From Pyrinomonadaceae bacterium (GTDB lineage Bacteria; Acidobacteriota; Blastocatellia; Pyrinomonadales; Pyrinomonadaceae), in the NCBI GenBank assembly GCA_036560225.1, contig DATBRN010000027.1:531-64530 (forward strand): 64,000 nucleotides of DNA. The letters run 5' to 3'. Under the pieces are notes generated by a model, which worked only from the letters and a program-made list of their open reading frames with translations, made no database searches and was not told where the DNA came from. Shown here piece by piece: positions 1-9,241 of the stretch. Position numbers and translations under genes: made by a program. How positions within the stretch are numbered: position 1 is the first letter of the stretch; each line of letters starts with the position of its first letter.

Positions 1-720
1 CTCCGGGTGCTTTACCAGAATTCGTCGATTAACGAATTCGATCGTACCTTCGCGCCGCATTGCATTCAAGCGGACAGTGACGCTCTCACGGGTGGATCCC
101 ACGATGGAAGCAATTTCACGGTGAGGCAAGGGGATGTCGATCAGCACGCCCGCTGATTCAGGTACGCCGTAACGGTGCGAAAAATCCGCCAACAATCTAT
201 CAAGCCTGGCAGGGATGGCGTTGAGCGCAAAATCAGCCAGACGCTGTTCCGCATGTTCAAGCCGATGGCCAATGAGACGGAAGGTATAGTCGTGCAGACT
301 GGGAGCCTCCGCCATCGCCAACTTAAACTTTTCCGCAGGAATCTTCAGTAAGGTGCTCGCTTCGTAGGCGACGGCGCAGTTTTCGCGACGACCCGCTGTT
401 GAATAAAGGGCTGATTCGCCGAAAAGAGGACCTTCCGGCAGAATGTCAATCACTGCTTCACGATCGCTATGGGGCTCGAGCCGGCAGAGCTTGATGCGAC
501 CTTTCACTATGGCAAACAAAGCGTCAGCTTGTTCACCCGCACGGTAGACAAAACGCCGTCGCCGAACGTCAATCAACGTGGAGCATTCTGCAAACTGAGC
601 AAGGATTGCTTCGCTAAGGTTGGAAGCAAATTCAAGTTGACGGATAATCGTGGCCCGGTCAGCAGAGGTCAAATCTTGCGCGCGGCGAAGGGACTTTGGT
701 TTCTTGTAGATTTCACTCAT
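1..720 (-). CDS. Crp/Fnr-family transcriptional regulator (cNMP-binding domain plus C-terminal HTH); 3-prime end runs off the window
   Basis: Manual translation of the minus strand from ATG (720-718): MSEIYKKPKSLRRAQDL..FVYRAGEQADALFAIVKGRIKL..GPLFGESAL..REIASIVGSTRESVTVRLNAMRREGTIEF. It is open for all 240 codons down to position 1. It is absent from the ORF track because there is no stop codon inside the window. Confidence 0.8.
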   Translation of the reverse strand, partial: MSEIYKKPKSLRRAQDLTSADRATIIRQLEFASNLSEAILAQFAECSTLIDVRRRRFVYRAGEQADALFAIVKGRIKLCRLEPHSDREAVIDILPEGPLFGESALYSTAGRRENCAVAYEASTLLKIPAEKFKLAMAEAPSLHDYTFRLIGHRLEHAEQRLADFALNAIPARLDRLLADFSHRYGVPESAGVLIDIPLPHREIASIVGSTRESVTVRLNAMRREGTIEFVNRRILVKHPE

Positions 721-1030
721 GGGGATCTCTCATGGGGTTAGAATACGAAACGATTTAGGTTCAGTGCAGGATGCGAAGGTCTTACTCCCCTGGTGGCCCA
801 GTCGCTGGTTAGGTCTGGTAATGTAAGGAAACCTTGATGAAATTGCCCGAAGGTCTGGAACTTCTTCAGCTATTGTTTTGCTCGATAACGAGGCGAGTTA
901 GGCACGCGGACAATTACTGAATGTTCGAACTTTAACATGAAGGCAGTTGGCCGCGCAAGACCCAAAAGGTGCCATAAATTGGGAATTTGATGATTGGATG
1001 AACTCGCTGGCGGCAAGGAACGTACTAAGT

Positions 1031-1157
1031 GCAGAAGGCAGAAAGCAGAAGGCAGTAGGCAGAAGGCAGAAGGCAGAAAGCAGTAGGCAGAAAGCAGAAG
1101 GCAGAAGGCAGAAGGCAGAGGGCGGCAGAAGGCAGAGGGCGGCAGAAGGCAGAGGGC
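1031..1157. repeat. Tandem heptanucleotide array, about 18 copies of GCAGAAG and variants (GCAGAAA, GCAGTAG, GCAGAGG)
   Basis: Direct reading shows a strict 7-nt period. The track ORF 947-1177 ([12 protein letters not shown]..) is only a translation of this array. Confidence 0.9.
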
Positions 1158-1269
1158 AAGAGTCCGAAATCAGATGAAGCTAACTAGATGGGGGCTGAGA
1201 TCTTATCGACATCGAGCACCCTTTTGACCTTTTACACTGAATCTTTGGGTCTGACTATTTACATGCAAT

Positions 1270-1336
1270 CTGACCCTGACCTCTGCCCCCTCTGAACTCT
1301 CTCTTCCGACCGCTGACTTCCGACCTCTGACCTCGG
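1270..1336. repeat. Degenerate heptamer-type tandem repeat (CTGACCT / TCCGACC variants) just upstream of the 1346 CDS
   Basis: ctgaccctgacctctgccccctctgaactctctcttccgaccgctgacttccgacctctgacctcgg. Confidence 0.6.
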
Positions 1337-1345
1337 AAAGGTGTT

Positions 1346-2317
1346 ATGGCTGATTACAAGGAAAAGATAGACGAGTGGCAAAAGACGGTGCGCCGGAAGG
1401 CCCGCGAGCTGGACGAGAAATACGCAATCTCGGATCTGGTGGACGAAGGCTCCCGCCGCGCTGGAGAAGCTGCTAAACGCGGAGCTGAGACGATATCGGC
1501 TGGGGCGGAGAAGCTGCGGTCGGAGGCCGAGCGGCTGGCGGCAGAAGGCGACGTCGCCGATACGACCAGACGAGCCGCGGACGAGGCTGTGCGAGGCGCG
1601 GAGAAGGCTGGAAAGACATTCCGCAAGGCAGCAGGCGATGCCAGCAAAAAGGCCGGTGAAGTATTCGACGATGCGAAGACTTACTACGACCGAGCTTCAC
1701 AGTTTTATGACACCAGCGCCAAGGTTTCCCGTGCTTCAACGGCCGCCACTGCCGGCCTCCTGAAAGCGCGCGAATGGATCAAGGAAAACCCGGGGAAGGC
1801 GACCCTGGTTTCGTTTTCTCTGGTATTGGGCGTCCGCGCCGGCGCGGCCCTTCCGGGTCTGGATGCTGTGATGCTCGGCGTACATCCGCACTGGCTGACC
1901 CATTCTGCGCTGCCGCTTTTTGGAGCGCGAAAACTGAGCGAGAGATTTGATGACTACCTGCGTAAGCAGGAAGAACTTATTGCCAAAGGCGAGCTTGATG
2001 AAGCCGAACGCAAGCGCGTCGAGTTTCAACGCAACCTCACTAAATATGTCGGGGCGCCATTACTCGGAGCTGTTAGTTGCGCAGCGGGTGCAGCGATGTT
2101 CGCCCAAATTCTTCAACCCGGAAGTATTGCCGGCGCGCCCGTGAGCTGGCTGGTGGGCGGAAATCCATTTCTCGGCGGCGTCTGGTTGTTTGCTAATGGG
2201 GTGATCTGTTTCCACGAAGGCTACAAGTTTTTCATGATTGCGCTCGCCGACCAGGATGAAGTGAAACGCGTGGTCCGTGAGATTAAGGGACTCCTACCTG
2301 CGGCTGAAGTTGCGTAG
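1346..2317 (+). CDS. Hypothetical membrane protein: charged Ala/Glu/Lys/Arg-rich helical N-terminal half and hydrophobic multi-TM C-terminal half
   Basis: 323-aa ORF. GGAAAGG lies upstream of the ATG. Composition suggests coiled/amphipathic repeats (AGEAAKRGAE, AEKLRSEAERLAAEG) followed by several hydrophobic segments. I recognise no family. Confidence 0.6.
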   Translation: MADYKEKIDEWQKTVRRKARELDEKYAISDLVDEGSRRAGEAAKRGAETISAGAEKLRSEAERLAAEGDVADTTRRAADEAVRGAEKAGKTFRKAAGDASKKAGEVFDDAKTYYDRASQFYDTSAKVSRASTAATAGLLKAREWIKENPGKATLVSFSLVLGVRAGAALPGLDAVMLGVHPHWLTHSALPLFGARKLSERFDDYLRKQEELIAKGELDEAERKRVEFQRNLTKYVGAPLLGAVSCAAGAAMFAQILQPGSIAGAPVSWLVGGNPFLGGVWLFANGVICFHEGYKFFMIALADQDEVKRVVREIKGLLPAAEVA

Positions 2318-2326
2318 TAATTGCTT

Positions 2327-2389
2327 GAACTAATAACTGGAACCTAATAACTGAGACCACGATACTGGGACCGCGGGCGTCTCGCCCGC
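2327..2389. repeat. Short tandem repeat (CTAATAACTGG-type) followed by the GC hairpin GCGGGCGTCTCGCCCGC (REP-like)
   Basis: The same composite (ATTAAC-type repeats plus the GCGGGCG-NNN-CGCCCGC hairpin) recurs inside lhr at 50618-50810. Confidence 0.75.
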
Positions 2390-2446
2390 AATGAGCGCCC
2401 AGCGCGAACAACTCTATCGCGCGTGACCATAGCCGTCGATTTCCAT

Positions 2447-2963
2447 ACTCAATTACAGAACCGGAAGCGGTATCGATCGGATGCCGCCACTCAACGTCAC
2501 CTGTGACACTCAACTACAGAACCGTGAGCGGTAGCGACCGGATGCCGCCACTCAACCTCACCTGCGACACTCAACTATAGAACCGTGAGCGGTAGCGACC
2601 GGATACCCCCACTCAACGTCACCTGTGACACTCAACTACAGAACCGTGAGCGATAGCGACCGGATGCCCCCACTCAAGTTCTGCGGCCCACGCAATTACA
2701 CTGTGAGCGATATCGACCGCGGACCCGACTCAACTTTGCGTGAGTCGACTCAATACGGAACCGTGAGCGGTAGCGACCGGATACTCCCACTCAACCTAGC
2801 CTGGCCCACTCAACTTCTGCGGCCCACGCAACTACACTGCGAGCGATATCGACCGCGGGCCCCGACGCAACCTCGCGTGGGCCGACACAATACGGAACCG
2901 TGAGCGGCAGCGACCGGATGCCCCCACTCAACCTAGCCTGGTCCACTCAACTACAGAACCGTA
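2447..2963 (+). repeat. Tandem array (about 8-9 units of about 61 bp) of the CACTCAAC..GTGAGCGGTAGCGACCGGAT core, forward orientation
   Basis: Units such as cactcaactacagaaccgtgagcggtagcgaccggatgccgc + cactcaacctcacctgcga repeat head to tail. Variant units carry ..ctgtgagcgatatcgaccgcgg... Track ORF 2625-2903 is a translation of the array. Confidence 0.9.
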
Positions 2964-3090
2964 TGGTCAAAGAGTAAGCTCGATACCTCCTATGCCTTCC
3001 GTCAGTGACCTGTTACTTCTTCGGCTTCACCCCGGGCGCAACCCCTGCCTAGCCCACCGCCGCACAGTTGCAGTTGATTCGCTCAAGCTT

Positions 3091-3698
3091 GGTTCGGTGG
3101 GAGTATCCAGTCGCTATCGCGCGTGAGCTCAGGAAGTTGAGTGGGCCAGGCTAGGTTGAGTGGGAGTATCCGGTCGCTACCGCTCACGGTTCCGTATTGT
3201 GTCGGCTCACGCGAGGTTGAGTCGGGCCGCGTGTCGTTATCGCTCGTAGTGTAGTTGCGGGCCGCAGTAGTTGAGTCGACTAGGCTAGGTTGAGTGGGAG
3301 TATCCGGTCGCTACCGCTCACGGTTCCGTATTGAGTCGGTCCATGTAAGGTTGAGTCGGGCCGCGTGTCGTTATCGCTCACAGTGTGTAGTTGCGTGGGC
3401 CGCAGAACTTGAATGGTGGCATCCGATCGCTACTGCTCCCGGTTCTGTAGTTGAGTGGCGCAGCAGAGTTGAGTGGGGGCATCTGGTCGCAACCGCCACG
3501 GCTCAGTAGTTGAGTGGCACAGGTGAGGTTGAGTGAGGCATCCGGTCGCTACCGCTCACGGTTCTGTAGTTGAGTGGCGCAGCAGAGTTGAGTGGGGCAT
3601 CCGGTCGCTACCGCTCCCGGTTCTGTAGTTGAGCGACGCAGGTGAGGTTGAGTGGGGGCATCCGGTCGCTACCGCTTACGGTTCTGTAGTTGAGTGGT
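3091..3698 (-). repeat. Tandem array (about 10 units) of the same element in reverse-complement orientation (GTTGAGTGG..ATCCGGTCGCTACCGCTCACGG)
   Basis: Read directly. With 2447-2963 it forms a head-to-head pair of arrays around a unique centre of about 130 bp. Confidence 0.9.
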
Positions 3699-3733
3699 GG
3701 GGCGCCTGCGACCTCTAACTACTTTGAGTGGAC

Positions 3734-4753
3734 TTAAGTAAGTGTGATGGGAAAAGGAATGAAGGAGAGCGCAAAAACAGTCAGAGTGATGATTGCCACG
3801 ACAATGCGGCCGCGACCCAATGGTTCCATCTGTTCCGGCGCTGGATGACGCACCTTCAACATGATTGCCAACAGGACCGTATAAAGAAAACCGCTCGGAC
3901 TGCCATGCCAGATGAATCCCAAAACTGACATTACAGCGACTGTGACAAAGGCAAGCCGGCCGATTAGCTGGTGGGCGCGTTCTCCGAATACCGCAAACGT
4001 TCCGTGTCCGCCATCGAGCTGACCTACAGGCATCAAATTCAAGCTAGTCACCAGCAGACCAAGCCAGGCGGCCATGTAAAAGGGATTGGGCAATGCGTCG
4101 GCAAGATTTGCACCCGTGAGTTTTGCAATTATCTGAAAAAGCAACGGGTCGTTAAAAATGATCACCGGACCAGCAGTTCTAGGTGCCGGCTGAAGCGTTA
4201 GTAGTCCCCCCAAAGCGATAGGAAACAAGGCGACGAAGCCTGCCAAAGGTCCGGCGAGGCCGATATCAAAAAGCGCGCGACGTGAGGGAATCGGCGACTT
4301 CATCTTTATGAACGCGCCGAACGTACCGGCCAGGAAAAGCGGTGGAGCGGGAATAAAGAATGGCAGCGTCGCCCTGACGCGGTAATAGCGACAGGCAAGG
4401 TAATGACCCATTTCGTGGGCCGTAAGTATTGTCAGTAGCGCTGTTGAGAAAGCTAATCCCTGTTTGATATAGCTGGGATCGGCAAGAGCTCGCGAGAGAA
4501 GGTCGCCCACAATTCGTACATAGTATTCTGGAATATACAAAACATAACTGAGTAAGCCAGAGAGAGCGGGCGCTGGGGGATCCCCCGCCGGGGCAGCGAT
4601 GACGATTCCCGCGAAAGTAGTAGTGACGAAGGTTAGCAGCAATAGAGTAATGTGCTTTATCCATTCGCGAGCAGTGGGACTTGTCAGAGAACGCGGTGGC
4701 AAAACATTCTGGGCCGGCACAAACGGCGGAATTGTCTGAACTGATTCTGACAT
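3734..4753 (-). CDS. Site-2 protease family (peptidase M50) integral membrane metalloprotease
   Basis: 339 aa, multi-TM, with the HEMGHYLACRYY (HExxH) motif in a TM segment and a downstream NLMPVGQLDGGH motif. Confidence 0.8.
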   Translation of the reverse strand: MSESVQTIPPFVPAQNVLPPRSLTSPTAREWIKHITLLLLTFVTTTFAGIVIAAPAGDPPAPALSGLLSYVLYIPEYYVRIVGDLLSRALADPSYIKQGLAFSTALLTILTAHEMGHYLACRYYRVRATLPFFIPAPPLFLAGTFGAFIKMKSPIPSRRALFDIGLAGPLAGFVALFPIALGGLLTLQPAPRTAGPVIIFNDPLLFQIIAKLTGANLADALPNPFYMAAWLGLLVTSLNLMPVGQLDGGHGTFAVFGERAHQLIGRLAFVTVAVMSVLGFIWHGSPSGFLYTVLLAIMLKVRHPAPEQMEPLGRGRIVVAIITLTVFALSFIPFPITLT

Positions 4754-4992
4754 TAGTCTAAAGCTTTCAGTTTCTTGTGACCTAACTGTTACTTGCGGAC
4801 GGTCGCCGAGGGCATCAATGTCAATTGCAGGCTAACAGCGTGAATGACCATTACCAACTCCTGAGCTTCTTTGCGGCGAAATTTCAATGACATTATCTCG
4901 GCTCTTTCGAGATGAGAGGCCAGAGAGTGGACATCTTGACCGCTGCTCTAGCCTCACGAAGGGAATAGGAAATTTGTAAACTTACAAAAGCG

Positions 4993-5298
4993 CTAATCTT
5001 CCGAATCTGGTTCTGAGTTAATATCGCCGTCTTCACCAACCTGCAAATCTTTTCCCGGTTTGAAGCGAATTGTCTTACCAGAGGGAATTGCTACCTCCTC
5101 TCCGGTTCTCGGATTACGACCCACGCCGCGCTTGCGTGGCTTAACAACAAATACTCCGAAGCCGCGGAGTTCAATTCTTTCTCCGCGCGTGAGCGCTTCC
5201 TTCATGGAATGAAAGAGGGCATCCACAGCTTGCTCAGCCTTCATTTTGGGAACACCGGTCTTTTCTGCCACCCGGTTAATAATGTCTAGTTTGATCAC
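4993..5298 (-). CDS. HU/IHF-family DNA-binding protein (IHF-beta-like) with an acidic C-terminal tail
   Basis: MIKLDIINRVAEKTG..ELRGFGVFVVKPRKRGVGRNPRTGEEVAIPSGKTIRFKPGK matches the bacterial histone-like fold signature. Confidence 0.85.
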   Translation of the reverse strand: MIKLDIINRVAEKTGVPKMKAEQAVDALFHSMKEALTRGERIELRGFGVFVVKPRKRGVGRNPRTGEEVAIPSGKTIRFKPGKDLQVGEDGDINSEPDSED

Positions 5299-5636
5299 GG
5301 CTTACAGCCTCCGTTCGAATCTCAGGGGAGATTTTCGAGCCGAACTTGTAGGCAGCGATGATAGAGAGGCGCAGCAAAGACTGTCAACCGTTACAGCGCA
5401 GTTTGTAGTGGGCAATTAATATGCAAAGACAAACGGCCGCACATTAGCGGTCATTTGGAACTCACGAGTGCCATATGCCTTGCATTTTCGGAGCCGAAAA
5501 ATGGCCGCAACTTATCCTGTTTGACAAGCAACTAACTCGAAGCTAACCTCAAGGATTGTGCGGGGCAGCGTTTTTTGACTATTTGGAATTCTTATCAATC
5601 TACAGGATTAACGGGGGAGCCAGCGCCGGTCATCGC

Positions 5637-6356
5637 ATGTTAGGCATCAGAACTCGTCGTCCTCCGCCATTTGGCGGGATAAATATTAACGACGACAAAG
5701 ACATTCAAATCCATCGCCCGGAACAGGCCTCGCGAAGTAGCCTTTGGGCCGAAGGACGGCTGCTTCTTCGCGATCTAATATTCGCCCTGATGATTGCGGC
5801 GCTGCTAGTCGTTTTCGTGGTGCAGCCCGTGAAAGTAGAAGGCACCTCAATGCTGCCACGGCTGCACGACGGCGAGCGAATCTTCGTTAACAAATTGATC
5901 TATTATGACGAGTACCGCTGGGCGCCAAAGATTGAGCGTGGCGACATCGTGGTATTTTGGTATCCGGAGGATCCTTCTAAAAGTTACATTAAGCGGGTGG
6001 TTGGCCTGCCGGGAGAACTGGTGGAGGTGCGGCAGGGTACCGTGCGCATTAACGGTAGCATTCTCGATGAAAGGTATCTGGATCCCCAGTTGAATCTTTC
6101 GCTGATAAGCGAGCCCCCGGTAACGGTCAAGGCAAACTACTATTTTGTGATGGGTGATAATCGTGATAATTCCAGCGACTCGCGAAGATGGGGATTGGTG
6201 CCCAAAAAGTACATCTATGGCAAGGCGCTATTTCGTTATTGGCCGCTGAGCGCCGCGAGTGTCATCCACCATGAAAACGTGTCGCCCCAACCGGCGCCTC
6301 CTTCCCCATATCAATTGACCCCACAGGAGATGCCGACTATAGCCCCGGAACAATAA
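5637..6356 (+). CDS. lepB: Signal peptidase I
   Basis: TM anchor, then [10 protein letters not shown] (Ser box), KRVVGLPGE, and [14 protein letters not shown]. The start was moved from 5556 to the internal ATG at 5637 and is uncertain. Confidence 0.85.
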   Translation: MLGIRTRRPPPFGGININDDKDIQIHRPEQASRSSLWAEGRLLLRDLIFALMIAALLVVFVVQPVKVEGTSMLPRLHDGERIFVNKLIYYDEYRWAPKIERGDIVVFWYPEDPSKSYIKRVVGLPGELVEVRQGTVRINGSILDERYLDPQLNLSLISEPPVTVKANYYFVMGDNRDNSSDSRRWGLVPKKYIYGKALFRYWPLSAASVIHHENVSPQPAPPSPYQLTPQEMPTIAPEQ

Positions 6357-6380
6357 GTCCGAAGATTTTGAGAACTTGAC

Positions 6381-7691
6381 TTGAACATACTCGATTGGCT
6401 ACGGCTTTTGTTGATGATTTTTTACGCGCCGGGACGCGGCCTTCGTGAAGTTCGCGACCGGGCGCCGCTAGCTCCGGCTGCGCTGGTGGCTCTGATTGCC
6501 CACTCGATCTTCTTCTTCTCGGTTACTCTTATCTATCTCAGATATCTTTATAATCCTCGCAATCCTTCCACAATATTTGGCGTGATCCTGGAGTCGGCGA
6601 GCTCGCTGGTCATCATTGCGTTGGTTTTTTGTCCGCTGGCCCTCTTTTTGTCCAACTTATTCGAACGGCGTGCAAGCTTCCGGCTGCGACTACAACAGGA
6701 TTATGCGCCGCTGGCATCGACAATGTTTTATGCTCTGACCGCCTCCAGTCTGGGCGCTACGGTCCTTACCATTGCAGCAAGTATTAGTGGTGTGCTACCG
6801 ACAATGGCGAACAGCATCCTCGAGCGTATGTTGTCGCAACGCGGTCAACTTCCTCCGGAAATACTGCCCTTGATTGAACAGGGAATAGTCAGACCGGGAT
6901 TGATCGCCACCGTACTTTCGCTAATCGCGTTGCTTGTGATTTTTGGCATCTGGGCAATTGTCGGCGTCCGCCTGGTGTTTCGCTTATCCTGGCTTCAGTC
7001 CGCAATTGTGGTGTTCATTAGCAGCACTCTTCTTATTCCGGCGTATAGATTGATTCCCATAGTCGGCATGTTACTCGCATCGCCGTTTTTGTTGGTCATG
7101 ATTTTTCTTTTGCTGCGAGGATACTTTACCGAAATCACTCGCACTCAACGCGCGCGTGAATCGTTCAAACAGAACCTGGAGGCGGCAACGCTGAATCCGG
7201 CGGACGCTTCGGCCCATTACAATCTGGGGTTGATTCATCAGCAGCGAGGCGAGATCGAAGCAGCGCGCGAGCGGTTCGAACGAGCAATTCAGATCGACGG
7301 CGACGAACTTGATGCCCATTATCAATTGGGACGTATCGCACTGATGCAAAAGCGATTCGCCGACGCCATCAAGAGCTTCGAACAGGTTGTCTCGCGCGAT
7401 CCGGCCCACAGTCAGCACGAGATCTGGCGTGAAGTTGGCGCTACTTACCTCGGCGCAGGTCAGTTTGATGACGCCCGCGATGCGTTGGAACGCTTCCTGG
7501 AGCAGCGGCCGTCTGATCCGGAAGCACTGTATTTAATGGGACGCGCGCACGCGGGTCTCGGCCACCGACGTGAGGCCGCCAGCTTGATGCAAGCCTGCAT
7601 AGAAGCAGTTAAGACCGCTCCGGCTTACAAATACCGCGCCGATAAGCGCTGGCTCAATGAGGCGCAACAATATCTGCGCACTCAGCCTTAG
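6381..7691 (+). CDS. Multi-pass membrane protein with a C-terminal TPR domain
   Basis: 436 aa. The N-terminal roughly 250 aa are hydrophobic. The C-terminus has TPR-like repeats (AHYNLGLIHQQRGEIEAARERFERAIQ, AHYQLGRIALMQKRFADAIKSFEQ). Confidence 0.65.
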   Translation: MNILDWLRLLLMIFYAPGRGLREVRDRAPLAPAALVALIAHSIFFFSVTLIYLRYLYNPRNPSTIFGVILESASSLVIIALVFCPLALFLSNLFERRASFRLRLQQDYAPLASTMFYALTASSLGATVLTIAASISGVLPTMANSILERMLSQRGQLPPEILPLIEQGIVRPGLIATVLSLIALLVIFGIWAIVGVRLVFRLSWLQSAIVVFISSTLLIPAYRLIPIVGMLLASPFLLVMIFLLLRGYFTEITRTQRARESFKQNLEAATLNPADASAHYNLGLIHQQRGEIEAARERFERAIQIDGDELDAHYQLGRIALMQKRFADAIKSFEQVVSRDPAHSQHEIWREVGATYLGAGQFDDARDALERFLEQRPSDPEALYLMGRAHAGLGHRREAASLMQACIEAVKTAPAYKYRADKRWLNEAQQYLRTQP

Positions 7692-7719
7692 ACTTCATGT
7701 AATCCTGTTGATCGAGTAA

Positions 7720-8844
7720 ATGGCCGAAAAGAAACCACCCGCACTTCTTGCACTTGAAGATGGTCGCACATTTCGGGGTCGCTCATGGGCTGCGGAAGGC
7801 GAGAGTGTTGGCGAAATGGTGTTCAACACTTCGATGACCGGCTACCAGGAGGTGCTCACCGATCCTTCCTACGCCGGTCAGATTGTTTGCATGACCTATC
7901 CTCTGATTGGTAATTACGGCGTCAACAGTGAAGACGAAGAATCTGATCGTCCCTGGGTAGAAGGCTTCGTTGTGCGCGAAGCTAGCCGCGTGGCTTCCAG
8001 CTGGCGGTCGGAGGAAACGCTCGATGCGTACCTGAAACGCTGGAACATCGTGGCGCTCGACGGCATCGATACGCGGGCGCTGGTAAGGCATATTCGCGAC
8101 AAAGGGGCGATGCGTGCCTGCATTTCTACAATCGATCTCAAGGAAGAGAGCATAATCGAAAAGGCGCGCCAGTCGCCACCGATGGAGAACCGTGAGCTTG
8201 CGAGTGTAGTGACGACCAAACAGCCTTACGAGGTCGCGCCGGTCGGTGACCAGCGCTTTCATGTGGTCTGTTACGACTTCGGCGTCAAGCGAAATTCATT
8301 GCGTGAGCTCTCGCGACTCGGTTGTCGCATAACAGTGGTGCCGGCTTCAGCAACGGCGGCTGAGGTCATGGCCATGAATCCCGACGGAGTCTTTCTTTCG
8401 AATGGCCCAGGCGATCCAGCCTCGATGAACAGGGAAGTCGAAGAAATCCAGGAGTTGGTCAAGTCAAGCGTGCCCACCTTTGGAATCTGTTTTGGACATC
8501 AGTTGCTGGGCCGCGCCTTTGGTGGCAGAACCTTCAAACTCGTTTTCGGCCATCGTGGCGGAAATCAGCCGGTTAAAAACTTACAACACGGCGAAGTGGA
8601 GATCACCTCACACAATCACGGTTTCGCGGTCCTTGCCGACAGCCTTCCAGCCGACGTGGAAGTAACACACGTGAATCTTAACGACCGCTGCGTCGAAGGC
8701 ATGCGCCACAAGACGCTTCCCATAATCTCCGTTCAATATCATCCAGAAGCGGCGCCCGGTCCTCACGATGCCGAGCACCACTTTCAGCGGTTCATAGATC
8801 TGATGGAACAACGGTACGCACTGAACAATAGATCTTCAGGATGA
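7720..8844 (+). CDS. carA: Carbamoyl-phosphate synthase small (glutaminase) subunit
   Basis: [42 protein letters not shown] and the GICFGHQLL catalytic Cys motif, followed by SVQYHPEA. Confidence 0.92.
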   Translation: MAEKKPPALLALEDGRTFRGRSWAAEGESVGEMVFNTSMTGYQEVLTDPSYAGQIVCMTYPLIGNYGVNSEDEESDRPWVEGFVVREASRVASSWRSEETLDAYLKRWNIVALDGIDTRALVRHIRDKGAMRACISTIDLKEESIIEKARQSPPMENRELASVVTTKQPYEVAPVGDQRFHVVCYDFGVKRNSLRELSRLGCRITVVPASATAAEVMAMNPDGVFLSNGPGDPASMNREVEEIQELVKSSVPTFGICFGHQLLGRAFGGRTFKLVFGHRGGNQPVKNLQHGEVEITSHNHGFAVLADSLPADVEVTHVNLNDRCVEGMRHKTLPIISVQYHPEAAPGPHDAEHHFQRFIDLMEQRYALNNRSSG

Positions 8845-9004
8845 TTTATCCTGCCATTGCGCATATTGCCTGGGAACGCATTATTCTCGACTCAGGCAGA
8901 CAAGGTCATCTGGAAACATCGTGGTAAGGGCTGACTCGCCCCTATGCAAGGAAGAATTGTTGGGATTTGCGATGCCAGTTTTAGGGTGGTATAAAGAAGG
9001 ACAA

Positions 9005-9241
9005 ATGTCTACCAATCCCAAAACGTTGGAAGGCGTCTATCGTGACGGCAAAGTTGAACTGCTAGAAGCACCTTCCAATGTTAATGAAGCCCGAGTATTG
9101 GTGACGTTTCTGACAGAAGATGCAGTTAACCTATCAGAGCACGGAATAGAGGAAGATCAAGCGGCTAGCCTGCGCGCGCGCTTGAGCGCGTTTGTGGAAG
9201 ATTGGGACCGACCGGAAATGGGAGCGTACGATGCCTTATAG
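9005..9241 (+). CDS. Type II antitoxin (small DUF104/AF2212-like N-terminal domain)
   Basis: 78 aa from an ATG preceded by GAAGGA: MSTNPKTLEGVYRDGKVELLEAP..ARVLVTFL. It overlaps the downstream PemK/MazF-type gene by 11 nt. Confidence 0.65.
   Translation: MSTNPKTLEGVYRDGKVELLEAPSNVNEARVLVTFLTEDAVNLSEHGIEEDQAASLRARLSAFVEDWDRPEMGAYDAL

Noticed and set aside
741-946. FNR/CRP box in the region upstream of the Crp/Fnr gene (TTGATgaaaTTGCC at about 833-847)
   Set aside because: Only one half-site matches TTGAT-N4-ATCAA, which is not enough for a call.
947-1177. 76-aa ORF (..[12 protein letters not shown]..)
   Set aside because: It is a pure translation of the GCAGAAG heptamer array, with no start context and extreme low complexity.
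2625-3509. Track ORFs 2625-2903 and 3294-3509 (and likewise 27503-27712, 27713-27910, 27953-28135, 48568-48852, 48663-48935, 54408-54614, 31620-32054)
   Set aside because: All lie entirely within repeat arrays, MITE-like elements or inverted repeats. Their peptides are periodic (YRTVSDSDR.., SGRYRSLF..), and equivalent ORFs appear on both strands.
2447-3698. Possible CRISPR array (regular direct repeats with intervening sequence); the same question applies to 27592-28270
   Set aside because: The sequences between cores are themselves repeated from unit to unit, so these are tandem repeats rather than unique spacers. Units occur in both orientations head to head, the repeat length and period do not fit CRISPR, and no cas genes are in the window.
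5299-5345. tRNA-like T-arm word (ccgttcgaatctcagggg) upstream of the HU gene
   Set aside because: There is no acceptor stem, anticodon arm or D-arm around it. It is an isolated similarity.
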